Shown piece after piece: positions 1-7,554 of a stretch of 35,747 nucleotides of DNA. The translations under genes and the position numbers were made by a program. This DNA is from a virus. Within the stretch, counting starts at the first letter, position 1, and every line of letters starts with the position of its first letter. A model generated the notes under the pieces. It was given only the letters and a program-made list of their open reading frames with translations. It did not search any database and was not told the origin of the DNA. Location of the stretch: the UHGV virus genome UHGV-0148291, one strand, 5' to 3'.

Positions 1-39
1 ATCGAGGACGGTTGCCACACCCGAAAGGGGGTGGTGCGA

Positions 40-111
40 ATGAGATACATATTGAAAGTTACTCTTTTGATATTCATTTTCTTTTTCGCATTTTACGATA
101 AAGTAAAATAG
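40..111 (+). CDS. 23-aa hydrophobic peptide MRYILKVTLLIFIFFFAFYDKVK, putative type I toxin
   Basis: Translated by hand. SD-like AAAGGGGGTGG lies in a GAAA-loop hairpin (15-34). One TM-like stretch with basic ends. A consensus promoter lies upstream across the junction and a convergent antisense promoter lies downstream. Confidence 0.7.
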   Translation: MRYILKVTLLIFIFFFAFYDKVK

Positions 112-188
112 ACCGTCCCCACTGCTAATGGTCGGTCTATTTTAAGCTGAACCTTTGGCAACCGTTCTACACGGTACCCTTTATCTGC
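100..188 (-). ncRNA. Putative antisense (antitoxin) RNA, about 85-90 nt; ends approximate
   Basis: Driven by the minus-strand promoter at 193-220 and bounded by the 104-144 hairpin. Overlaps the stop codon and 3' region of the peptide ORF. Confidence 0.55.
104..144. terminator. Bidirectional hairpin terminator of the toxin/antitoxin module
   Basis: 12-bp inverted repeat TAAAATAGACCG (104-115) / CGGTCTATTTTA (133-144), with an inner CCA-ctgctaa-TGG stem-loop. Confidence 0.7.
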
Positions 189-192
189 TCTT

Positions 193-220
193 ATTTTACC
201 ACATTTTTCGGATTTGTCAA
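193..220 (-). promoter_or_regulatory. sigmaA-type promoter for the antisense RNA
   Basis: TTGACA-16 nt-TAAAAT with extended -10 TG on the minus strand. Confidence 0.65.
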
Positions 221-224
221 TCCC

Positions 225-249
225 TAAAACCACCCTGTTAAGAGCGGTT
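225..249 (-). terminator. Terminator of the membrane-protein moron
   Basis: Minus strand AACCGCTCT-taac-AGGGTGGTT followed by a short T run, just after the stop at 253. Confidence 0.5.
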
Positions 250-252
250 ATA

Positions 253-816
253 TCATAAGTATTCAGTCTCTGTCTGTTTATTGTCTTTACAACTATTATT
301 TAATAGTTGTATGATTGATAATCTATTTAGATCAGATGTAACATCAAATACTAAAAACGAATGCTTTTTAGATTTATCGATATAATTGATAATCAAATAG
401 TAAGTATTTGTCTCAATTTTTTCTTTTTTGCTTTTTGGCGCAGAACCAACAATTGCTCCTATTGGACCAAATAATAAACCTCCAGCTACAGTTTTTGAAA
501 TGCTTGATTTATTTTTTGCAATATATTGAATGTCGGTCGAAGACTTAATTTGTGCATTTATTATATTATTTATCATTATTTCAAAGCTTCTTCCACCTCC
601 AAGAATTTTAATCTTTTTATCAAATATCAAAAGCTCACAAGTTGTGCCTTGTGCCAGTGGTAAACCATCTATTAAGCTACCATCACATTTTTCATTCGCA
701 CCAGTCTCTGCAATCCTATTTTTTCTTTCTTTATTTGACCTTATTAGTTGATCATATACTATTCCAATTGAACAGATAATAATTGCAATAACTATAAAAA
801 CAATAACCCCATCCAT
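253..816 (-). CDS. Moron: single-pass membrane protein with GGLLFGPIGAIVG glycine-zipper-like motif (187 aa)
   Basis: Start re-called at ATG 816 (SD GGAGGGG). N-terminal TM segment, AT-rich sequence, own promoter and terminator, inserted between the tail chaperone and tape measure genes. Confidence 0.8.
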   Translation of the reverse strand: MDGVIVFIVIAIIICSIGIVYDQLIRSNKERKNRIAETGANEKCDGSLIDGLPLAQGTTCELLIFDKKIKILGGGRSFEIMINNIINAQIKSSTDIQYIAKNKSSISKTVAGGLLFGPIGAIVGSAPKSKKEKIETNTYYLIINYIDKSKKHSFLVFDVTSDLNRLSIIQLLNNSCKDNKQTETEYL

Positions 817-840
817 TACAATCCCCTCCGTTTTTATCCC

Positions 841-869
841 ATTATATAACAAAAAAGAGGAAAATTCAA
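841..869 (-). promoter_or_regulatory. sigmaA promoter of the moron
   Basis: TTGAAT-17 nt-TATAAT on the minus strand. Confidence 0.7.
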
Positions 870-876
870 GGATAAT

Positions 877-1353
877 TTACAACCCATAGAAAACTTTTGA
901 AGTCTCTGGAAGATTGGAAATCAGTTCATCGGCATCCGGTTCTTTTTCTCCGAGATTGGAAAGGAGATGAAACACATTTCTCGGTCTTTGTCGTCCTATC
1001 TCGTCCGGCAATGTTCCCCACGCTTTAAAGATATCCGCATACATATCTCTGAGCTTGGTTTTTCCTTTGGATTTATCCGAGTCCGATTTCTCAATTTTCA
1101 AAGTGAGAATATCCCGGATATACCAGCCCCACACGGTTTCGCACAGTTCGTAAATCCTTTTCGGTGATAGGGATAAAAGAAATTCATCGGTTGCACTGGT
1201 TCCCTCGAACAAATAAGATACCGAATTGATACACTTTGCAATGACTCCATTCTTTTCGATGTTGTCATCAATAAGACAGAGAGCCTCAAAATCCCAATGC
1301 TTCGAGATGATTTTCCCTCTGCCTATTTTTATAGTAAGGACGCTTTGTTCCAT
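877..1353 (-). CDS. Tail assembly chaperone (probable)
   Basis: Lies between the major tail and tape measure genes. Start re-called at ATG 1353 (SD AAAGGTGA). Confidence 0.65.
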   Translation of the reverse strand: MEQSVLTIKIGRGKIISKHWDFEALCLIDDNIEKNGVIAKCINSVSYLFEGTSATDEFLLSLSPKRIYELCETVWGWYIRDILTLKIEKSDSDKSKGKTKLRDMYADIFKAWGTLPDEIGRQRPRNVFHLLSNLGEKEPDADELISNLPETSKVFYGL

Positions 1354-1400
1354 AATATTCACCTTTAAATGTTATGGGGCGGTTTCCCGCCCCTTATTTT

Positions 1401-2009
1401 TTATTCCCCTGCCGCAACTTCCCAGCTGACAGATGAAAACCATTTTTCTGCAATTAAGGCTGCCGTAACTCCAACAGGAAGGCTCGGATCATCATCATCC
1501 AACATTTCGTAATACAAACCATCTTTCAAACGCTTTGCACCTTTCAACGAAAATCCGTTCGTCTGGAAGTTTATGCTTCCACCTTTTGTCTGTGCTTTTT
1601 CCTCGTTCGGAACTGCTTTTGCGCTGAAAATACGAATATAGCGGTATGCCCCATTGGATTTCATCATCCGGTAAAGGATGGCTACTGACGGGGCGTTAAT
1701 ATCAGATACGGAACCAAGACCCGTAGTTGAATCATACCCGTATCCGAATAAGTCCGCTTTCATTGCAGGCGGAACGTCTGCACACGCTACAGCAATATCG
1801 AACTCACCCATTGCTGTAGCTGTGTCATATGCTCCGTTATCCGCATAAAACGTACTGGTCTGTGGATTTAGGTTTACTCCTGCTTCCGTCAATCCTGGAA
1901 TCATTTTAGGTGTTTCTGCCGTGTACGCCGACGTTGTGTTCGATGTTACTTTGGCATACGCCAATTTGTCTACCCCAACCATTGGAATATAATTCTGTAC
2001 TCCTGCCAT
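1401..2009 (-). CDS. Major tail protein (phi13-like family)
   Basis: GVDKLAYA, FYADNG and ETPKMIPG-type motifs, about 200 aa, and synteny. Followed by a GGGGCGG-gaaa-CCGCCCC hairpin. Confidence 0.9.
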   Translation of the reverse strand: MAGVQNYIPMVGVDKLAYAKVTSNTTSAYTAETPKMIPGLTEAGVNLNPQTSTFYADNGAYDTATAMGEFDIAVACADVPPAMKADLFGYGYDSTTGLGSVSDINAPSVAILYRMMKSNGAYRYIRIFSAKAVPNEEKAQTKGGSINFQTNGFSLKGAKRLKDGLYYEMLDDDDPSLPVGVTAALIAEKWFSSVSWEVAAGE

Positions 2010-2363
2010 TTAAAACACTCCTTTTTCGATTATGTTAATTTTAAAATACATTGTTTTGCGGTGTAATCCGCTTGGGTCTTTTAACCCTCGCGACATAGGG
2101 CGGGTGAAATTGTTCGCTATCAGCCTTTTGCTCACCTCGGAGGCGATTCGTTCACATTCCTGTCTGGATTCTCCATTGTCCCAAACGTCAACTTGATAAG
2201 TCACAGCGGAGTTAAGCTCCTTCCCTTCATATATCACGCCGGATGGATTGGAAACCTCTGTGATTGTAATGACCGGAAATTCTGAAAATTTATCTGGAAA
2301 TTCAAGTTCTACGCTTGCGATATCTTTCAGTAAATGATAAATCGGTAAATTCATGTCAACCAT
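2010..2363 (-). CDS. Tail terminator/completion protein
   Basis: FPVITI and YQVDVW motifs, immediately upstream of the major tail gene. SD GGAGGT precedes ATG 2363. Confidence 0.75.
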   Translation of the reverse strand: MVDMNLPIYHLLKDIASVELEFPDKFSEFPVITITEVSNPSGVIYEGKELNSAVTYQVDVWDNGESRQECERIASEVSKRLIANNFTRPMSRGLKDPSGLHRKTMYFKINIIEKGVF

Positions 2364-2368
2364 TCCGG

Positions 2369-2827
2369 TCACCTCCCTTTGACGGCGTTATCCAAATCTT
2401 GAACGATGTTATTTTTTATGTTGTCACGATGTGCCTCCAATGCCGGATACAAATAAGGCTGCGGAGCTTGTCCCATATAAGGATATGTTTCCCCGGTAAC
2501 CTTGCTTGTTTTTTCGGTGACATGCTCAACGGAGGGGTCGCCCCTTTGCCCCGTCCCGTATTCCACATACGACGCATATTCCACATTTGAGCCGACTTCA
2601 GCGCCATCCGGTATACTTGACACAGAAATACTGTTTCTCAACTGTCCGCTGTTCGGGTCAACTTCCGGGTCACCTACCGGACAAAGCTGCTTGGCGGTTT
2701 CCTCTACTAAAAAAGCACTTTTCAAAAGAGAGGAAACCATAACGCCTTGAATGAATCCAGGTGTCGCAAGCTTTCGGAATTTTTCAATTGCTTCGCTCAG
2801 CCCTTCGATTTCAAAGTCAAACGTCAT
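2369..2827 (-). CDS. HK97 gp10-like neck/tail protein
   Basis: CPV..SGQLRNSI, NVEYASYVEYGTG and PQPYLYPALE motifs. Confidence 0.88.
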   Translation of the reverse strand: MTFDFEIEGLSEAIEKFRKLATPGFIQGVMVSSLLKSAFLVEETAKQLCPVGDPEVDPNSGQLRNSISVSSIPDGAEVGSNVEYASYVEYGTGQRGDPSVEHVTEKTSKVTGETYPYMGQAPQPYLYPALEAHRDNIKNNIVQDLDNAVKGR

Positions 2828-3150
2828 AATATCGCCTCAATCATGATGATTTTGTGTTTCGTGTATACCTCAATGGACGTGATTTTATACTCCGGTTTTT
2901 GGTAGCCGGACAAAGAAACAGTCATATTTTTATTTATTTCTGTCTCCACATCACACATGAGGGAAAGAATGTTATTCACCCTTTCCCCGTAAATTTCAGA
3001 TGTGATTTGGTTTTTAGCAGGCTGAATGTTGCACTCTATTTTGTGGGAGTATACTTCTTTTGCCTTCTGTCCTGGGTAATAATCCGGCGCATTTTTGTCA
3101 GCCTCTTTTTTCTCGAAGAGATATACGGTTTTAAGATATTTTCTAAGCAT
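2824..3150 (-). CDS. Head closure / head-tail adaptor protein
   Basis: CNIQP..EIYGE motif, size and synteny. Confidence 0.7.
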   Translation of the reverse strand: MLRKYLKTVYLFEKKEADKNAPDYYPGQKAKEVYSHKIECNIQPAKNQITSEIYGERVNNILSLMCDVETEINKNMTVSLSGYQKPEYKITSIEVYTKHKIIMIEAIL

Positions 3151-3437
3151 TATGAAAACCTCCGAAACCGATAAAGCTCCTGTTTCATGTTTTCGTTAAT
3201 CAGGTCGTCAAACTGTGTGCTTTGCCCGCCTTCTGAAAATGATTTTGCTTCTTCTCTTCCAAGCCGGTTATAAATTTTTATTGCAATTTCAAGCTGCATA
3301 TTTCTAAGCTCAGCCGGAAGTTCTTCTATGTGACAGAAATTTAAAATTTTGCCCTTTGCCATATCCAGAATTTCATCGACGAAATCATAATTTTCATTCT
3401 TTCCGGTAAACATTCTGAATTTATCACGAAGCTCCAC
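3150..3437 (-). CDS. Head-tail connector (SPP1 gp15/HK97 gp6-like)
   Basis: LP.EL...IAIKIYNRLG.E...SFSEGG motif and synteny. Confidence 0.85.
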   Translation of the reverse strand: MELRDKFRMFTGKNENYDFVDEILDMAKGKILNFCHIEELPAELRNMQLEIAIKIYNRLGREEAKSFSEGGQSTQFDDLINENMKQELYRFRRFS

Positions 3438-3448
3438 AAAATCACCTT

Positions 3449-3637
3449 CTATTCCTTCGGTTTATCCTCTTTACTGTTTCTTCCGGCTTTTTTCTCCGGA
3501 GTAACAGTGAATCCATCACGCCCGGAAAACCATTGAGCTGCAAATTCGTTTTCTGTTTCAGCTTTGCCGTCAACAAAATGCACACCCGCTATTTCGCGGG
3601 TGTACTTGTTGTGCGGTGCAGTGATTTTATATTTCAC
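3449..3637 (-). CDS. Small conserved protein downstream of the capsid gene
   Basis: 62-aa ORF with SD GGAGGG and a GVHFVDGKAET motif typical of this position. Confidence 0.7.
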   Translation of the reverse strand: MKYKITAPHNKYTREIAGVHFVDGKAETENEFAAQWFSGRDGFTVTPEKKAGRNSKEDKPKE

Positions 3638-3651
3638 GAAAATCCCTCCTC

Positions 3652-4650
3652 TTACGATACCTTGAAGTTTCTCAGAACGCCTGCCGCTCTGGATTTCTTC
3701 AAGACAACAGCTGCTACCATTTCCACGTCTCCATCCTTAACAGCTCCTGCTGTTGAGAAGTCTGGCAAAGTGGTGTTGATTATGTTGCCTCCAGCCGGAG
3801 AAACCGCATGGAATCCGTCCAGTGCAAATCTTGCAGCATACAGATCGGTCAATCCGGTTACGGTTGTTTCGCTTCCTGTTTCGCCGTATTTTCTGGATAC
3901 AATCGGGACAACGGGTGCTGTCGTGGTTCCGTTGTAGTAATACTGCAAATCTTGGAACGGAATCCCGTCATAGCTGTATGCTTTTCTTCCGAATGCATCT
4001 TCAGTCTGAGTTAGATATCCAGCCCTTCTTGCGCATGCCTGTAGTTTTGTGATAAGCTTTGTGTTGCCCATCAGCATATCCGGTTTCCCGTCCATTTCGG
4101 CAAGGAAAGCATCCAATGCGTCCAAAACCGCTTTGTAGTTGCTGTCAATAGCGGAGGCAGTAGACAAGTCAATCGCTTTGGAAGCATCGTTGTTTATTTC
4201 GGTGGAAGAACCAGCAAGCATAACATCGAGACCATCAAAGCCTTTTACTGATTTATCACCGTTGATAACCGCATTATGGAAGGTGTTGATAGTCGCTTTG
4301 ATTTTCTCCTGCAGTTGAAAATTCGTCTCATCAATCTGCGCGTTTGATGTTCTTGCAAGAACACGATCAATGGAGAACTTACCGCCAAAGATTTTCAATG
4401 CAACGGTCTTTGTCTCTCTGTCTGCTTCTTTTCCGGTATACTCCGCGTTGATTTCCCTGAAATCAGCAGTGGAAGGGGTTTTCAGCATGGTATATCCATA
4501 TACCAGCGTTGAACCTCCTGTACCAGGAGAAACGGAATTGTCGAAGGTGAGCTTATCCATAAGAAGAGAACCCCTTCTGAATTCGTCAATGACCATCTGG
4601 TCAATGTGATCTGCCATACCTACCTTTGCCTGTGCTAAAGTTACTGCCAT
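3652..4650 (-). CDS. Major capsid protein
   Basis: 332 aa, MAVTLAQAK start, FREINAEY, INGD...FDGL motifs, follows the scaffold gene. Confidence 0.92.
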   Translation of the reverse strand: MAVTLAQAKVGMADHIDQMVIDEFRRGSLLMDKLTFDNSVSPGTGGSTLVYGYTMLKTPSTADFREINAEYTGKEADRETKTVALKIFGGKFSIDRVLARTSNAQIDETNFQLQEKIKATINTFHNAVINGDKSVKGFDGLDVMLAGSSTEINNDASKAIDLSTASAIDSNYKAVLDALDAFLAEMDGKPDMLMGNTKLITKLQACARRAGYLTQTEDAFGRKAYSYDGIPFQDLQYYYNGTTTAPVVPIVSRKYGETGSETTVTGLTDLYAARFALDGFHAVSPAGGNIINTTLPDFSTAGAVKDGDVEMVAAVVLKKSRAAGVLRNFKVS

Positions 4651-4670
4651 GTAAAATCATCCTTTCTTTT

Positions 4671-5222
4671 TTATGAATTGTTTTGTATTCTTTCGGCAAT
4701 TGCGCCCCGTAAATCCGATACGGTTTCAGGGTCTTTTCCGTCTGCGGGACTATAGCTTGGTTTTTGAAACAAAAAACCAAAATCTTTCTTCACAGTTTCA
4801 AGCTGTTCGGATAACCCGCTGACGCTGCCTTTCTCATCGATTTTTACATCGTCAAGATTCAGCTTCACTTTTACCATATCGACATCGACCGCATTCGCCT
4901 TTAAGATTTCGTTTTCGATAGCAGCTGTTTTTTTGATGTCCGCTATCTGCTTTTCAAAGCTTTCCTTTGAGGTTTTGTTTTCTTCCTGCAGCTGTTCAAT
5001 CTGCTTTTTCAAACCCTCACTGTCTCCAACGCTTTTGCCGAGCTTTTCAAGTTGTTCGTCGCGCTCGGAAATTTGAGCGTTCAGCCCCTTGATTTCCTCC
5101 AGCTTGGCGTTGTACTCTCCTTTTGGAATCAAATGCTTTGGAAGCTCTTTCTGCACGTCTGCGAAGACCTCTTCCGGCACCTCAACCCCCTTGTTTTTCA
5201 ATAACTCTTTCAGCCATTCCAT
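4671..5222 (-). CDS. Capsid scaffolding protein (Phage_GP20-like)
   Basis: MEWLKELL start, IPK..YN, coiled coil, GLSEQLE...FLF motifs. Confidence 0.88.
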   Translation of the reverse strand: MEWLKELLKNKGVEVPEEVFADVQKELPKHLIPKGEYNAKLEEIKGLNAQISERDEQLEKLGKSVGDSEGLKKQIEQLQEENKTSKESFEKQIADIKKTAAIENEILKANAVDVDMVKVKLNLDDVKIDEKGSVSGLSEQLETVKKDFGFLFQKPSYSPADGKDPETVSDLRGAIAERIQNNS

Positions 5223-5235
5223 TTTTAAATACCTC

Positions 5236-5312
5236 CATAGATTTTTTATACAGGCTCTCCCTGTAAGGAGTTTCGTTGTTCTTTATGCCCTGCAACCTTT
5301 CAAAAAGGGCAA
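5236..5312 (-). ncRNA. Structured cis-leader of the scaffold gene (two candidate H-type pseudoknots, GP20-motif-like)
   Basis: Minus strand: stem TGCCCT/AGGGCA whose loop GTTG can pair with downstream CAAC, and stem CTCC/GGAG whose loop TACAG can pair with downstream CTGTA. Confidence 0.45.
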
Positions 5313-5342
5313 AATAAAAGCACCTGTCAAAAACAGATGCTT
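5311..5342 (-). terminator. Intrinsic terminator after the MuF-associated accessory genes
   Basis: Minus strand AAGCATCTGT-ttttg-ACAGGTGCTT followed by TTATTTT. Confidence 0.65.
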
Positions 5343-5367
5343 GAATTGCTTATTAACTTGTTGATTA

Positions 5368-5757
5368 TTACATTTTCTCTATCATTGCCGCCAGACAAGC
5401 GGCTCCAATATCTTTTAAAGCTTTGTATCCATATACACCGCATTGCTTGACAACATACCGCACCTTGTCGGCAGATGTCAGCTCCTTTTTGATTCCGAAA
5501 CAGTTTTCTACATAGTCAATTCCTTGTTTCGTCAGCATCACATGTGATACATCCGCCACGTAAAACTGATTATTGTCTGCCGCAAGCGTTGCAAATCCAC
5601 GTATGTATTCTTCGTTTTGTAATTTGCTTAGTGCTGTATTAAACACGTCAATATCCATATTTAAATCCGTATTGTTCACACTTGCCATATCGGGTAAATC
5701 TTTTTGATATTCGATATACAGCGCAAGCAAAACTTGTTCTTTTGCCCCTAATTTCAC
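5368..5757 (-). CDS. YjcQ-like winged-helix protein
   Basis: ALSKLQNEEYIRG and LTKQGIDYVE motifs. SD AAGGAGGT with GTG start. Confidence 0.65.
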   Translation of the reverse strand: MKLGAKEQVLLALYIEYQKDLPDMASVNNTDLNMDIDVFNTALSKLQNEEYIRGFATLAADNNQFYVADVSHVMLTKQGIDYVENCFGIKKELTSADKVRYVVKQCGVYGYKALKDIGAACLAAMIEKM

Positions 5758-5779
5758 ATCTATACCTCCTTTAATCCAT

Positions 5780-6022
5780 CTAAGTATGAAACGTTATATC
5801 TATTTTCGGCAATGCATTCAATAACGGAGTGCCATCAATAATACAATTTTGCAAAAGATCTTCACAATTAGAATAAATGGATTCATTATCTGTATTTTGT
5901 TCTCCTATTGATATTCCATCATCAATCCACGCCAGAATCGTGTACTTTTTCCCATTGTATAAAAATTCTATATCGGCTCCTAATTCTATCAACTCAGTAA
6001 ATCTTTTTTTATCAATTGTCAT
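5780..6022 (-). CDS. Putative immunity protein for the MuF C-terminal toxin
   Basis: 80-aa acidic ORF overlapping the MuF stop (ATGA), with a DIEFLYNGKKYTI motif. Confidence 0.6.
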   Translation of the reverse strand: MTIDKKRFTELIELGADIEFLYNGKKYTILAWIDDGISIGEQNTDNESIYSNCEDLLQNCIIDGTPLLNALPKIDITFHT

Positions 6023-7554
6023 GGATGGTAATTCACTCCTTTCTGTATAATATCTGCATTCTGCCTTAATTCCCTTTCGGTAAAATAATCCGCTTTCCCG
6101 TGTGGATTCTTTAAAGAGTAATCAAAAAGATGCTTATGCGCTCCCATAGGATGATATTTTGGCCTTTTATGATCATTTGTATCTATGTCTTTATAGGGCT
6201 TTTTGTTGGCTCCATATATCCTTCTTTGCTTCACATTTCCATTTTCGTCAATAAAATCCGCTATAACGTTAGCGCGCAATTCAATCGGCAAAGAACGGAC
6301 AGAATCGCTTTTAATAAAAATTTCACGGTTATTCAAAAGGTTTTTGTACCTGAAATCACTTTTTAACTCAGTCCATTCAGCAGTATTATTATACTTCAAA
6401 TCCTGAAATTTTGCAAATGATTTAGGGACATTCTTTCCTATTACAGCCCTGTATTTTTCATACTGCTTTTTGTCGCTGTACTTGTTTTTGAATTTCTTCG
6501 CTGAAAGTTCTGTCTGCGGATCCGATTTTACATACTTGTCATACCACTCGTTGTAATTCATATTTGCAGGGATAAGATAAGTTTTTCCGGTTACCGGGTC
6601 TCTGGCTCTGCGCTGTAATTTGTCCATAATCTGCTTGTTCAGCGTTGAAATGGTGGTAGACCTGCACCACGGATGAAGCGGTGGAAGGTTTACACCTGGC
6701 ACCGCCTTATCTACATCAAATTCTTTCCCATCCATATTCCGGCATACTTCCGATGTTCTGATATCCAGTGTTGCAAGAAACCGATATTTTTTAATGCCAG
6801 CCTCTTTGTAAGATTCGATTTCTGCCATGTTTGCAATATAGGTGCTCTCCGTCCGAACAAGCCGCCTTGCCTCAAATGCGCCCACCTCGAATTGGTCTTG
6901 TATTTCCTTTGCAGTCTTATGATAACTTCGCCCCGTCAAAAAGCCGGTTAAAAGCTCCTGTTTCAGTTTTATGTTTAAATCCCTGCTGTTTGCCCATATT
7001 CGTTCGCTGTAATGCTTGTTGCTCCATGCGTTGTCTAATATCTCAGCCACCCTTATGATGGGCATACTGGAAAACTGGAATCCGAAGCCTGTCCCTTTCT
7101 GAATGTCAAACATCGTGCGGTTATAAGCTTCATACACTGTGTCTATGTAATGATTTCTTGTCGTGTTGAACTCAATATCAGCAAGCTCAGATAATTTCAT
7201 GTCGATATCCTCCTGCAGCTGCTCAAACCGTTTTATACGATATGCATAAGCTGGAGAGGATAAGATACTCATCATTTTATGACGGATAACAGGGTCTTTT
7301 ATTCCCCTCACAACCGATTTTAAACGGTTTAACTTGTCTTTATCCGTGATAGTGTTTAAAAGCTCTCTCGCGGCTTTTTCGGACAGTCCTGATTCGTTTT
7401 GAAAGGTAAGGAATATCTTCCTTGTTTCTTGGCTGATATACTCCGATGCGGAAATATAGGACTGTGCAACGTCATCCGCTACTTTATCTGCCTGTTTATG
7501 GTATTCATACATGCGAAGTTCTGCACGTTGTTTCCAGTATTGATTATTCTTCAT
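6019..7554 (-). CDS. Minor head morphogenesis protein (MuF / SPP1 gp7 family) with C-terminal toxin-like extension
   Basis: YW..R start, WS.RIW, RLVRTE, ATLD.RTS..C..MDG and PPLHPWCRST motifs, plus about 100 extra His-rich C-terminal residues. Confidence 0.9.
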   Translation of the reverse strand: MKNNQYWKQRAELRMYEYHKQADKVADDVAQSYISASEYISQETRKIFLTFQNESGLSEKAARELLNTITDKDKLNRLKSVVRGIKDPVIRHKMMSILSSPAYAYRIKRFEQLQEDIDMKLSELADIEFNTTRNHYIDTVYEAYNRTMFDIQKGTGFGFQFSSMPIIRVAEILDNAWSNKHYSERIWANSRDLNIKLKQELLTGFLTGRSYHKTAKEIQDQFEVGAFEARRLVRTESTYIANMAEIESYKEAGIKKYRFLATLDIRTSEVCRNMDGKEFDVDKAVPGVNLPPLHPWCRSTTISTLNKQIMDKLQRRARDPVTGKTYLIPANMNYNEWYDKYVKSDPQTELSAKKFKNKYSDKKQYEKYRAVIGKNVPKSFAKFQDLKYNNTAEWTELKSDFRYKNLLNNREIFIKSDSVRSLPIELRANVIADFIDENGNVKQRRIYGANKKPYKDIDTNDHKRPKYHPMGAHKHLFDYSLKNPHGKADYFTERELRQNADIIQKGVNYHP

